From Camelus ferus (Eukaryota): a stretch of 64,000 nucleotides of DNA. How positions within the stretch are numbered: position 1 is the first letter of the stretch; each line of letters begins with the position of its first letter. The notes beneath the pieces are model-generated. The model saw only the letters and a list, made by a program, of their open reading frames with translations. It was not told where the DNA came from and ran no database searches. Where the stretch lies: assembly GCF_009834535.1 (NCBI RefSeq), contig NC_045697.1, positions 36,954,001 to 37,018,000 on the forward strand, given 5' to 3'. The position numbers were made by a program, and so were the translations under genes. Below are positions 1 through 12,820 of this stretch, in pieces.

Positions 1-3000
1 AAATACCTCAACAGCCTTTAAGAACATCACTGTGTAACAATCTGATATCTGCTTTTGATTAAACATTTCCTCAATCAGATAATTCTGATTTATGCTCAGG
101 ATCTCCTTTTAAAGCAGGAAAGTATATGTCACCTTTTAGACTTATTTCCAAGAAAATGGTAAAGATTAAACAAAAAAATATGCATGAAGGGATAAACAAC
201 AAAAAGTGGTAAGCAATAATTTGCTGAGTGCCTACTATGGTTCCAAGTCATCAGATAAATTATTTGACTCTGACACCTAATCTCTGAGGTAGATACCCCT
301 TTAGCAGATAAGAAAACTAAAGTTCTGAAGGATTAATGGTTACAGTTAGAAAGTTTCTGAGAACTGAAATTAGCTTGACATCAAAGACCATGCTCTTTCC
401 ACAGTACCATCCATTGCTTTCCAAATGTGTTTGATATGAGAATCACCTAAGCTCTTACTAAAAATAAAAATTCCTAGACTCTTCCCATAAAGATTCTGAC
501 TGAGGATGAATCGGATAAAAACTTGTAATGTATATATATATTTTTAAATATCTTTAGTGATTCTGGTAACCAGGTAAATTTAAGAAATCTTGTACTGGGA
601 TTAAGCTAGACTACATGAACATGGAAACACTGGTATAAGATCTGACTTTATAAATGGATTCTGAAACAAATCATGAAAGGCACCAACAAATCTTACACAG
701 AAGATACTAGAGTAAGGGTACCTAACCGCATTTGTTGCTACATGTTATATTTAAAAGCTTTATTTTATTAAGAGTGAAATCTTAAGTAGCTTTATAGTAG
801 ATTAGAAAGCTAAACCAGACATAGACACTATAGAGACTTAAAAGATTCCCTTCTGAGTATATAGTTGGTCTAATATACTGGGCGTTTAACCTGATAGGAA
901 TATAAACTCAAGTTGGAATTCAAGAGCAGCTCTCAAAAACACTATTCTTTAGAGCAATATTATTATGAGTAACATGATTTAGAATAATAGTACTATTTAT
1001 TTACCACTGTAAACAATTTCATATAATTTACTCTCCATCATTTAGTCTCTGTATTCCACTTAGCTAGTCAGATAAAATTTTAAGTATTAGTTAATTTCAC
1101 ATCTGTTAGCAGGCAGAAATCCCACACTAAACTGTTTGGACTGAAATAGCCTGTGAATTTCAAATTAAAATATAGCAAAATTTGGAAACTTCAGTTTACT
1201 GTTCTGATAAGGTCCAAAGATGTATACAATTACCTCATTTATTTAGAGAACATTTCAGGGCCCATAATATTCCAGACATTATATTAAGTAGTGGACAAAT
1301 AAAGACCAATAAGCATAATTCCTGTCCTCAAAGAACTACACAGCTTTATGGAGAAATATCAGTAAGTTCTTCAAAAATGTCAAAACAAAAAGTTTAATCT
1401 TTTAAAAATGGAATGACTATACTGGGTGGAGGAAAGGAGATGGGAGTTATGAAGTTTTGAAAAAGTATTTAATTGAAGTGAATCTGTTATTTGGGCAAAT
1501 CATGCTCATGTCTCTTGTTGCTTAACCACAGCATCTAGGAGCAGTCTTGAAATAAGGACAGTTCAGGACAGACAATTTTTTTTTTAACTCTACCATTTGA
1601 AAGTTCAATAAATACTAAAGTGTTTCTGTGCCATTTCCTATGCAAAGACCCTATTGTATCCCAAAATGTTTCCAGATTCTTTCATTTCAAGTCACGTTTC
1701 TAAATCTTTCAATTTTCTACAGCATACCTGAGATGAAGACAAAGAGAGCGATGTTCTACAGCCATTGATAAAAACTGGTGCTGAAGGATAAGGAATTATT
1801 TGTGGAGATGTGAAGATTATATCTTAGACGAAGTACTCAAAGATATGATAATTTTGTGAAATCAGAAGAGAATAACATTAGAAACAAACCTCAGTAAAAA
1901 TAAGTTGGCTTTAAGACAGGGCTGAAGTCAGAAGTCAAAGATTATGCATGCCCTAGGAAAGCTCCAAGTTTGATTCTGATTTAGGAGGGCACGAAATGAG
2001 ACAGAAGCAAATAATGTCAGTTACAACGATGAATTAGCTAGGAAATACTGGCCTAAAACTAGCTTTAAATTCTAATTTTTAGATTAACACATCACTATCA
2101 TCATTCTGAAAAATTAGTCTTCAACCAAGAGTCATTATATTTTGCACAAATTATGAGGGGCAAAGAATGCCATAATTTAAAAATATTAACCAATCTGGCC
2201 AAAACCACCTAATAATCACTTTATTTCTCATCTTCATTACATAATGAGAAATACACATACTCACACACACACATAGGAAATCTACTCTTAATTTAAGTGT
2301 GAGCTCTAGAGTTTTAAATTACATGTACATAAATATTATGCAATAATAGGAACTTATCATTCCCTCTCTTCCTTCAATACCACTTTTCCTCAAAATATTC
2401 TTCTGCACAAGATTTCTCCCTGTTGGAGCTGCCACCTTGTTCCATATTGCTACATACAAATCTAACTACGAAGGAAATTATTATATTTATCTAAAACAAT
2501 GTCAAGAAAGAATACTGATCATGATGGAAGTACAAAGTGTAAGTCTGATTTGGGGTCACTATGAAAATATTTTATTAAAAACCACACTTAAAGCAGATTT
2601 TATTAGGGCAAATTATACATTTTAGATCCAATTTTATGTCCCCCAAATCTATACCCCAAAAGTAACCAAGACCTGATTGTGTAGCAGTAAATAGAAGGTA
2701 ACTTACTTTCTTACATTACTATAATGACATGCCAAATTATGCCCTATGAGAATATAATGATTTCTAAAATAAAATAAGAGTAATATTATAATATATTAAA
2801 GTAGAGGGGGAAAAGACTAGAAATTTTCAACCATAAAGGTCTACTCGAAAGTAAAATTTGTGAAAAACCATGTGGATGAATCTATCTTTTCAGACTGATC
2901 TGGATTACAGATGATTCAGTTTACAACATAATTTACTTTCAAATTGGTAAGGGAAAACTGCTCTGAACAGCTCCTTAATTTAAAAAAAAACAAGTGTGGT

Positions 3001-5755
3001 TGGTGGAGGGGTGGGAGGGTAGGGCAGTGGCAGTGATAAGCTTAACCAGTCTTATTATAATTGTTTTAATAGCTCTTTTCATTTACACTTAAAAGAAAGA
3101 AAAACTGAACATGCTCAACAGGTATAGCAACCCATAAGCACCAATTTCAAAACCTTTTATAGGTGTTAACTGCGGTCCTATTAGCATTAGTATGACTGAA
3201 TTATGCATGACAGAGTCATGTAAAAAAAAAAGTTTTGTATTACTATACTTAACTATGTCACCACAAAACAGGCTTAGGTTTTCAATGCAGAAAGATTCTT
3301 ATCAATTCTCATCAAAATATTTCTCACAACAATTTAACCTCATACAAGTCATCTAGCAATAGAAAAACAAGGCTAAAGTGAATTACTATTAGGTTTGAAA
3401 ACAGCAGTTCAGATTTCTTAGCACTGTGCTTTATACCTATGTTTCTCAAAGTAGAATACTATATGTGTGGATGATAATTAATGAAGGCTAATATTTAGTA
3501 AGCACAGTACCACACAATGTGATGAAGTCTTTGAATGTATTGTCTCATTTAATCCCTAATAATCTTAAAAGTTAAAAACTATAACTATCCTTATCTTAAA
3601 TAAAGAGACATAGATAAATAATTTATCCAAGAAGTGGCAGAGGGTAGATCTGAACCCAGAGATTAGAACCAAGGCAACAGGAAAGAAAGGGAAGATGCTG
3701 AGGGAGACCACAGAAACATCAGCTCCCCATGTAGAAAGGCATACTCCTTACTGGTGGCAGTTCCTCTTATATTCTGGAATAGTGGTTTTCAGTCCTGGAT
3801 ACATATTTGAATCATCTGTAGAACTTTTCAAAAAAAGTATCCAAGCCTGGGACCCTCACTCAGATACTTGGCTTTCAATTGCCTGGCCTGGGGGTAAAGA
3901 CAAGGATATATATTTTTTTAAGTTCTCCAGGTGATTCTAATGGGCAACTAAGTGAGAACCACCTGTTAACCTCTTCCACCCTGTTAGCCTCTCTAAGTAG
4001 CCAACTAAAATCAAATTTACTAATCACCTATTTGGTTCTGAGCACTTCACCTATTACACTTTCCATTATGCCCAACAAAGTACCTAGCTTTCCTTTTCCC
4101 TAAACAGAGGAAACATTACAACCATAGCTGCACCTTTTAAAATAAAATCTTGCTAGCTTTTCTTTGATATGAAGAATATAAGGGGAAGAGTGGGCAGATA
4201 CCATGATAAATTTTGAAAATTTCTTCTTTAAGCACCCATACACTCCTTAGGTTTAAAATAATGTAAAAAGGTCCTAACAGTCAAACAAAACTTAAATGGC
4301 AGGCTATGAGACTTAAAAGTTTCTATGATATATGTTAAAGAAAGATTTAATATCCATAATATTTGGTTATATTTCTTAATTCTGCTGGTGATAACAGTTA
4401 AAATACTAAGTAACTGTTATTGTGGTGATAAATTCCATTGTCTTCCCATGGCACTGTGACAGTGATAATGCAGTGTTTTTATCCTGTTAAGTCACCTGAA
4501 CAAAAACTAACAGGTGCTAAAGAAATCAAAGCATTACATAGCATATCCAAACAACAATATGGCTGGTCATATCACGTATTGAGAAATGCAAGGATTTTGC
4601 TGACTATCTTATATGAGAAGTCCTACTGTTTCACTCGAAGTTATTCACTGCACATCCTACTCACCCTGTACCAAAAATATAATGAAAAGTGTTCCAGACA
4701 GTCTCAGACTTGCTGGCCCTTTTGTTTTACTAAAAAGGTGAAGTGTGGATATATCTGACAAGCATGAAGTTTGATCTATGACTTGAACAAAAGATCTAAA
4801 ATGAGAAAGAGTATAAATACTTAAAGTGGTACAAAACTCTGGACTTCTCAAAAACATTACAAAACTTCCTGCTTCCGGACAGCTCATTATTTGGTTCAAG
4901 TCCTCACATTCCTTTATTAGTCATGACCTTTCAGAAAGTTCTCCTTCCTTATTGTTTGAATAATATCGGACTTTCAAATGTTGCCAGTTGGACTAACAGG
5001 AACCCTTATCAAATGAAGAAGCCATCCCAGAGTTCATGTCCAAAGGAGGGACTTAGGCTACAGAGAACCCTCGGTAACCTGAGCAGTGTTTGTCCATCAC
5101 GTAGATTTTTCTTAAATTATCTGTAAACATATATCGTTCCGCATCATAAATATATATGTTCATCTACACATTTTTATCATATACAATTATAGGAACTTGC
5201 ATTAGTTCCACAGGAATTGATTCTGCAAGAAATTGTGGAGACCGCTGGGGATGTGTGAAATCGACACAACGACAGTGAACCACTCACTACCGATTGTCAC
5301 TGGGGTCTCACTCGGCCCAGATGTGGCCTCTGAGCCGCATGTCACTAGGCTCAAAGGCACAGCCGAGGAGACAGAAGCACAGGGTAACTGGAAGAGAAAA
5401 CAAGGGGGAGGCGCCTCATAAAATACGTGTATTTGCAGCCCGAAGCTGAAGGGGTGGCCGGAAGGGCAGACCCTAAAGAATAACCTTCCCTTCTGGGATC
5501 CGTCACAGCACCCAGGCCCGCAGGGCCTGCTAAGAGGGGTGTGTAGGGGAGGAAGGGCAGTGTCTGTCCCCACTTCGGGGACAGACAAATGAAAATCAAG
5601 CAAGTTCTTACTTCCTGGTAGCCTACTCTGCCCACAGGCCTCCGACACAAGACGGACACCGAGGAGAGAGGGCCCCCGTGGAGCCAGGGGGCCCGCCCAG
5701 CCCTGCACCTCCCGTCCTCGCCCTCGCCCTCGCCCTCGCCCTCCTCCGGCCTTAC
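1..5755 (-). other. CHIC2: CHIC2 intron 1 (partial)
   Basis: Begins at the GTAAGG donor and is AT-rich. I found no exon-2 sequence (FGLSNKFESEF...) in 1-5755. Confidence 0.85.
3780..3965. mobile_element. MER5-like hAT-Charlie DNA transposon fragment
   Basis: Recognised motifs 'agtggttttc...gaatcatctg' and 'tttttaagttctccaggtgattctaatg...gagaaccac'. Confidence 0.55.
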
Positions 5756-5874
5756 ACGGTGACGTGACCGGAGCCGCGGACCACCACCGGGTCCGGCGAG
5801 TACTTGAGCAGCTGCTCCTCCAGGGCCCGCTCCTCGTCCTCCTCCTCCTCGTAGATCTCGTCGAAATCCGCCAT
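5756..5874 (-). CDS. CHIC2: CHIC2 (cysteine-rich hydrophobic domain 2), first coding exon; remaining exons lie beyond the window start
   Basis: The reverse strand reads ATG (5874) MADFDEIYEEEEDEERALEEQLLKYSPDPVVVRGSGHVT(V), matching the CHIC2 N-terminus as I recall it. Kozak context is AGGATGG. The exon ends in phase 2 at the donor GT|GTAAGG (5755). Divergent arrangement with GSX2 matches known synteny. Confidence 0.96.
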
Positions 5875-6024
5875 CCTGAACCGCCGAGGCCCCCCGCCCG
5901 AAGGGGCCTGACTCCAGTGGGGCTGGGGGCCGGGATACGGGCTGGCGAGGCGACGGAGGCTGAGGGGAATCGCTGCCGCGAGCTCCGAGGCCGTGGAGTT
6001 CGCTCTGGGCTGTCTCGCCTTCGG

Positions 6025-6063
6025 CTACAGAGGAGATGGGGTCCTGGCCGCCGCCGCCGCCAT
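6025..6063 (-). other. Candidate uORF MAAAAARTPSPL* in the CHIC2 leader, in frame with the main CDS
   Basis: GGTA-ATG-G context (G at -3 and +4); TAG at 6027-6025. Assumes the TSS lies upstream of 6063. Confidence 0.6.
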
Positions 6064-6068
6064 TACCG

Positions 6069-6095
6069 TCAGCAATAACAACACAATGTCAACAT
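6069..6095 (-). other. Candidate uORF MLTLCCYC* in the CHIC2 leader
   Basis: ATG TTG ACA TTG TGT TGT TAT TGC TGA on the reverse strand; weak Kozak context (C at -3, T at +4). Confidence 0.55.
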
Positions 6096-7385
6096 CCGCC
6101 CAAGGGCCGACACCTCCACCAGCACCGCCGCCACCGCCACCGCCGCAGCAGCAACTCAGGCAACCACAGCAACAGCCAGAGCCACCCGCAGCGGGAGCAC
6201 CCGGCTACGGCATCGCGAGACTTCCCGGGACTGCAGGCGGGCGAGCCGGCGGGCGCGTGGGCGCGCGAGCTGACGCGCGAGAGCGCGCACGTGAGGCCTT
6301 GCGCGCTCCCCCGGGTGGCCTGCCTTCCTCCACTTCCACCCGCCGGTGACGCCTCGAGGGCGCGCTCCCGCCGGCGCGGCCCCGCCCTCCGGCAGATGGG
6401 TCACCCATGCGAGAGGGGGAGTGGCTCTGGGGGCTGGTGGCGTTGACCCCGGCTCCAAGAGCAGCGCTATGAGTGTCCAGTGGAGCACTTAGACTCCCAA
6501 AGTAGTCTCTAACCAAAACAACTGAAAATAAAAAGCCCAGTTGGAATAGAGAATTTATTGTGCGTGTGGTTGCCAGTTTATCTAATCATCGGATCTCTCT
6601 TTTCGTCGGTTTTTTTTAGTCTGTGATGAGAACCAGGGCCTGTACTTTTCCAATTTGAGGAACCCAACAGACACACTGCACATATTTTTGTCTACTAGAA
6701 TACCGAATTTTCCAAAACATATCCAAATTCAAACATCTTATCCCATCATCCCCTTAAATATAGTACAATATATGAGGCCAATGATGCTGATTTTTTTTTT
6801 CTTACAAGAGAACTCATTGTAGTCATGCCATGAAACAAAACTGACAAATTCTCTGAATTCCAGATTAGAAGATGCAATTTCCTGCCCCAACTGCTTCATC
6901 AACTACACACTTCTTTCTATCCTTAAGACCTTAGGGAATCCCTTTTCCTTCCTTATAGCTCCTCCCAGGAAAGGAAAGGTGAAGAGAGGGGAGGGAAGAG
7001 TTTATGGATTCCATTTAATGGTCTAAGACCAGTAATAAAGGCCCAAGGGTCACATCAGTTACGTGGTTTTAAAGAACCTGCCCAGGCATACAGTTTAGGG
7101 GCAGCAGTGGGCTCCTGAAAGATCTTGGATAATGAGCATCCACTGGGGAGACAGGAGAGAATAGTCATACTGGAACCAGTGTGGGTCAGAATATTCTCCA
7201 AGTACAGTGTTCACTTCCAAGTAGTTTAGATGGGTTATTGTTGAAGTTGAGAAAGTGCAGTTAAGACAGTGAAATGCCAAGGAACATCCTACTGGTAAAG
7301 CTTGAAGGAAATGAGCATAGTTAGACAGGAAAAGATAAAAAACACAGTAGATTGTATCAGGCTTCCTGTATATCTCTCTTGACAT

Positions 7386-7810
7386 TTGTTCATTTATTCA
7401 TTCAATAAATATTTACTGAGTTCCAACTATGTGGCAGGCACTGTGGGTGTGGATGTGTGTGTGTGTATGATGAGTTTCTGCCTTCCAGTAGCTTATTTAT
7501 CACTAAGGCAAGCAATCATAATTCTGTCAAGTGGTCCCAGAGAACTATACAGTGACTGGGTGGTAACAGAGCAGACAGGGGGCAGCTTGGTTTGGTGGTT
7601 AATAGTGGGCCCTGGAGCCTGACTGCCTGCCTTTGAATCTTAGCTCTGCCATTTATGATGTGACCCTGGATAAGTCATTTAATCTCTCTGCCCCTCATGT
7701 GCAAAATAAGAATAATAAATAGTACTACCCCACTGGGCTGCTCTGCAGATGAAATGGATTAAAACATGTGTAATGCTTAAAAGAGAGCCTGGCACATAGT
7801 AAATACGGGG
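7386..7810. mobile_element. L2 3' end followed by a MIR
   Basis: 'ttcatttattcattcaataaatatttactgag' (L2 tail), then 'gaatcttagctctgccattta...tgtgaccctggataagtcatttaatctctctg' (MIR core). Confidence 0.7.
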
Positions 7811-9145
7811 TAGCAATAGGGCCTAAGGCTCCATCCAACTAACTGACTCTGTGAGGGTTAGCACAATTTTTTTTGCATTTTGTTTTTGCATTACTGTTTA
7901 TGAAGCACATATACATCATTTAATATTCCTCAAGAACTCTGTGAGGTAACAAGGAGGATGTAATTTATTCTTTAGTTTCAGAGAAGCTGCTTTACAGTCA
8001 AATGGCTATTTAAGGGTCAAACTCAAGACCTCAACTCTAGTGCACTGGATAGGTCAAGCTCCTGACTTTCCTTCTTGGCAAGAACTGGGAGGCCAAGTGG
8101 CTGCACTCAGTTAAAGGAATGGCTGCAAATGGGAGGGTGAGAAAAGGGAACCAGATGAAGGAAGGTCTGTATGATCCAGGCATGGCCCACACCCTGTGTG
8201 CTGTGACTGAGAATTCACCTTTCTGTAGGAATGGTGGCCAAGATAAGGGGCTGGTGCCCCGAAGTATCTAAATTATCACATAACTGACAACCTCCCAAGG
8301 GAGGTCATCCACAGCTCCTTAAATCTCCAGCACTTTCCACAGCTCCTGCTTCAGAGAAGGAGCTCAATAAATGTTATCTGAATTGAGATTTATTGTCACT
8401 AGTGCTATTTCCAGAACATCATGAGTTAGTTAGGCTTCCAAGGACTGTGAGAGCCTCATCCCTATCTTAACACTGGTTCTGTTTGGGAGAAATTTTCTTA
8501 TTCTGAGATCTATTCAACAGAGAGAATTTTGTAACTCCCACCACCTCAGCATAAGGTAGAGGCTGCCTTGTTTTTGCTCTTCCTATTTTGCACTTCTTTT
8601 TCCTGTTCTGGAAAACCCGTCAGAGCCAGCAAAAGGGTGCAGGACCCAGAAGAAGGCCGAGAGGGTGAGGGGAGATGAGTGAAACACGGCCCTGATGATT
8701 GTTGAAATCATAATCCTAAACTACCCACCCCCCGGCCCTCCCGAGTCCTGTTTCCTGTCAAACACCTTTCCCAGTCTTTTCCTGGGGACATGGAAAAGAC
8801 CTTCTCAGTAACTTTTCCCTCCAGAGTTCAGGTGCTCTCCTGTGCTCTGCAGCGTAGGCTTCTCGACATCCCAGCTCCCCTTTATATTTCTGCTTCACAT
8901 ACTTTCACCTTTACCTTCACAGCAAATGGCTAAAATCCAAACAAGATAGTGCCTCAGGGGCCTCATGAGGCAACACATCTGCAGTTGCTTTTAAGGCAAA
9001 TATTCCTAGATTTGAAAACTTCTAAGTTCTGTCACCACCTAGTTGAGTGGCCTTTGGCAGGTTCCACTTTCTAAGCTTCCTTTTTTCCATCCTGAAATGG
9101 GACCTGTGTCATGGGGTTGTCAAGGGTCCTGTGAGGTAGCACATG

Positions 9146-9507
9146 TGCCATGGACTGAATTGCTTCCCCTCAAAATTCACGTGTGGAAGCCCTATCCCCC
9201 AAGGTGATGTGTCACTTGGAGATGGGCCTTTGGGAGGTAATTAGGTTTAGGTGAGCTTCTTGGGATAGGATTTGTGTGCTTATAAGAAGAGATCAGAGAG
9301 CTTGCTCTTCCCACCACCCTCCCCTTGGTGGGAGGACAGTCTTCTACCTGCAAGCCAGGAAGCTAGTTCTCACCAGGATCCAAACGGGCCAGCATTTTGA
9401 TATTTCTGGAGACTCTCAGTCTCCCGAACTGGTGAGAGATAAATGTCTATAGATTAAGCCACCCAGTCTATGGTACTTTTTTGCGGCAGCCCCATCTGAC
9501 TAAGACA
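9146..9507 (+). mobile_element. MaLR solo LTR (MLT1A-like)
   Basis: Termini 'tgccatggactgaat...' and '...ttaagccacccagtctatggta...gactaagaca'. Confidence 0.8.
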
Positions 9508-9875
9508 GCAAGTAAGCCCTCGTTTGTTCACTCATTCATTCATTAAACAAATATCCATTGAATTACTCCCACATGCCATACCCTCTGCCAGGAACCAGGG
9601 TTTAGCAATAAGGTAGTAAACAAAACACGGTCCTTGCCTTCATGAAGCAGAAAGGCCATGGGGGAAGGGTGACAGATAATTATAAAAATAATTAACTATT
9701 AGGATTGTGGTTAGTCCCATGAAGTACAGGGGACCATAAGAGTTGATGGACTTAACTCACTGAGAAGTCAGGAATTCTTCTCTGGGGAAATGACACTTAA
9801 GTGTCAAAGTGTCAAAGTATGAGGGTGGGGAAATAGAAGAGAGGAGAAATTTCTAGGTAGTGAAAATGGCATGTT

Positions 9876-10059
9876 TGTCTTCGTTTGGGCAGCTGTAACA
9901 GAATGCCATAGACTAGGTGGCTTATAAACAACAGAAATTTATTTATCTGCCCTCATGACCTAATCATCTACCACAGGCCCCAACACTTAACACTGTCACA
10001 CTGAGGGGTTAAGATCTTAACATAGGAATTTGGGGGAACAAAACATTCAGTCTATAGCA
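9876..10059 (-). mobile_element. Internally deleted MLT1A-like LTR inserted in an L2
   Basis: Both reverse-orientation termini are present ('tgtcttcgtttgggcagctgtaacag' ... 'cattcagtctatagca'). Near-perfect 5-bp TSD atgtt/atgct. Confidence 0.75.
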
Positions 10060-10599
10060 ATGCTTAAAGACTCTGAGGCAGAAAAGAGCATGGCCCAAAT
10101 CAGGTACAAAGTAAAGACAGTGTGGTTGGACCATAGCAAGGAAGGCAGAGCCAAACTGCAAACAGATCAAAGAGGAGGTCCCGGCCTTAATGCCATCTTC
10201 TGAGAAGCCTCTGTGCCATGAGAACGAGGTGGAGGAAGAAGCGAATGCACAGGCTGAAGCGCAAAAGAAGATGATGCAGAGGTCCCAGTGAACATGTACA
10301 CCCATGGAAGCTGCAGGAGCAGAAGCAAGGAAAGCCAGAGGCCAGGGGTGCTGACAGAAACTGTTGGACTGCATGTCTACAGTCTAGAACTTGTCTTAAT
10401 GGGGAACATCTGTCACCATTCTGATCGCCTTGACCACCTTTAAGAGACATATCTTGCTCCTATCAAAATGGTCCCTTTGGGTCCTTTGCCCTGGACCTGT
10501 GATATTCTGGACTAGTTCTGTTCTCAGTTGTGGCTGAATGTAATGTGTGCAAAATAAAGCATCTCTTCTGCTGTCTTAGCTGAAGGAAGAAAAAAGATG

Positions 10600-10764
10600 A
10601 AAGAGAAGGGATAAATTTGGGAGTTCGAGACTTACAAAGATTAACCACTATATATAAAAATAGATAAAAAACAAATTTCTTCTGTATAGCACAGGGAACT
10701 ATATCCAATATCTTGTAACAACCTTTAATGAAAAAGAATATGAAAACAAATATATGTGTGTGTG

Positions 10765-10823
<59 letters not shown>

Positions 10824-10913
10824 GTACATGACTGGGACATTATGCTGTACACCAGAAATTGATACATTGTAACTGACTATACTTCAATAAAATGAGAATA
10901 AAAATAAAATAAA
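10600..10913 (+). mobile_element. Young lineage L1 3' end (camelid/artiodactyl type) with internal (TG)n/(TA)n
   Basis: 'ctgtatagcacagggaactatatccaatatc...gactgggacattatgctgtacaccagaaattga...tatacttcaataaaa' followed by an A-rich tail. Confidence 0.8.
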
Positions 10914-12089
10914 GTCAAAGAGGTTGACATAAACTTGAAGGTCTTAGTAAAGAGACACACGTTCACTCTAAAAGTAAAGATACACTGAGGATGTGAAGTC
11001 AAGCCATGACATTATCAGGTGTGCATTTTAAAATCTCTAAATGGGAGATCAGTAGTCCAACATATGCAGCATATATCCCCTTCTTCTTCTGAAAACAGCA
11101 CACATCCTCCCCTCCCCTACTCTTGGCATATTTGATTGGGTTAAGCTGACCACATCCCCAGTTCCAAGAGTATAACCTAGGGTGGCAAATTAGAGAGTAT
11201 GGGATACCCTGTGGCACGGTGATTGGTTTGAATGGGTACATGACTCAGACAGAACCAATGAGATTCAATACCAAGACTTTTAATAGAACTATTGGGAAAG
11301 GGGATGGGGATCTCTTTTTCTGTGACTCAACTAGGAACCACATTATTCTTGCAATGGTAGGAACAGTCTAAGAATGATGCCAGCACCGAGGAAAGCAGAA
11401 CCAAGGGATGAAGCAAGCTTGACTATATCCTGATGACCATGTCTGAGCCCCTTGAGTTCAGCTACACCTGAAAAGGTCCTAGATTTGTAGAAGAGGATAA
11501 TGTATTTAGCTTGTGGAATGTGAGACACCCAGTGGAGATGCCCAGTAGAGTGTCAGAGATATAAGTAGATACACAGAGATAGTACATAGATAGATGGATA
11601 GGTATGTGTGTAGATGAATGGATAAATAAGATTGAGGGGGAGAAAGAGAGAGGAGTCAGAGGAGAGGCTAGAAATATAAGTCTTAGTGGGAAATAAATAC
11701 ATTTGGGACCCATCAGCTCATAGATGGTGGAGGTAGCCATAGAAGTGACCATGGTGGCTCAAAAGTCAAGAGGTGAGGTGGCCCAGGGAGAGAGTAAGAA
11801 GATAAGAGGATGTAGGATGAAGGAATTTCAGTGAGTAGAGATGGGGATAGGGGGAAGAACTGACAAAGGAAATTGAGAGTAGCCAAAGTGGTGAGAGGTA
11901 AACTGAGAGAGTACGGTGTTACAAGTAAAGGGAGAGAAAAGTAAAAGGAGGTTGTAATGCGAGATGCTGTGGAGATGATATAAAGAACCTGTATCCACTG
12001 TATTAAGGAGGACAGCAAATCCTGGAGAAGGATTCAATTTCTACAACCAGCAATTTGACAGACAGAGCCAACACAGAGCCTCTTAATCA

Positions 12090-12665
12090 AATACAACTAC
12101 TAAAAAAACAATCATAAAGGGGAGTGTAAGTCCCTGCTCCTGAAGTGTGGACTACATACACAGGGACTTGCTTCCAAGGAAAAGGGGGGAAGACTAACTT
12201 TACAGTGGTGACACCTGACAAAAAATGACATTGAAACTTTCTGATCTTCCTCCCCTAATCCATAACCCATTCTAACCATAAGGAAAATGTTAGACAAGTT
12301 CCCCTAGTGAGGCATCCTACAAAATACCCGAACAGTACTCCTGAAGATCCAAGGTCATCAAAAACAAGGGAAGTCTGAGAAACTGTCACAGCCAAGAGGA
12401 GCCTAAGGAGACATGATGACTAAACGTAACACGGTGTCCTGGGACAGGATTCTGGAACCGAAAAAGGAAATTAGATAAAAACTAAGGAAATCTAAACAAA
12501 CTATTGACTTTAGTTAATAAAAATGTATCAATGTTGGCTCATTAATTTGAGCAAACATATTATATAAGATGTTAATAATAGAAAAAACTGCACGCAAGAG
12601 TATAGGGAATTCTACTATCTTCTCAATTTTCCTTAAAGTCTAAAACAGCTCTTAAAAAATAAAGC
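12090..12665 (+). mobile_element. Old L1 (L1MC/L1MD-like) 3' UTR fragment
   Basis: 'aaggtcatcaaaaacaagggaagtctgagaaactgtcacagccaagaggagcctaaggagacatgatgactaaa'. Confidence 0.65.
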
Positions 12666-12702
12666 CTAATAAATAAATAAATAAATAAATAATAAAGCCT
12701 TA

Positions 12703-12820
12703 GGAGGAGGGTATAGCTCAGTGGTAGAGTGTCTGCTTAGCATGTATAAGGTCCTGGATTCAATCCCAGTACTCCACTAAAAACAATAAATAAATAAACC
12801 AAATTACCTTTCTCCCCAGA
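12703..12820 (+). mobile_element. tRNA-derived SINE (vic-1-like, Camelidae)
   Basis: Pol III A box TAGCTCAGTGG, B-box-like GGATTCAATCC and tail 'aaataaataaaccaaattacc'. Flanked by AATAAAGCCT direct repeats. Confidence 0.8.

Larger units (their letters stand above)
5420..6460. promoter_or_regulatory. CHIC2 CpG-island promoter and 5' leader
   Basis: Very high GC and CpG density with no TATA box. Contains an E-box CACGTG (6288-6293), a GC box CCCCGCCC (~6380) and a TCGCGAGA BANP/Kaiso-like motif (6213-6220). Confidence 0.85.

Noticed and set aside
5764..6446. Plus-strand ORFs over CHIC2 exon 1 and its leader, including the polyPro/Gln ORF 5993-6349
   Set aside because: They are antisense shadows of the CHIC2 exon and of CCG/CAG-type repeats in a GC-rich leader, with no independent support for coding.
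12703..12780. Possible tRNA gene
   Set aside because: It has A/B boxes but a degenerate cloverleaf, a SINE tail, target-site repeats and two dispersed relatives, so it is a SINE.
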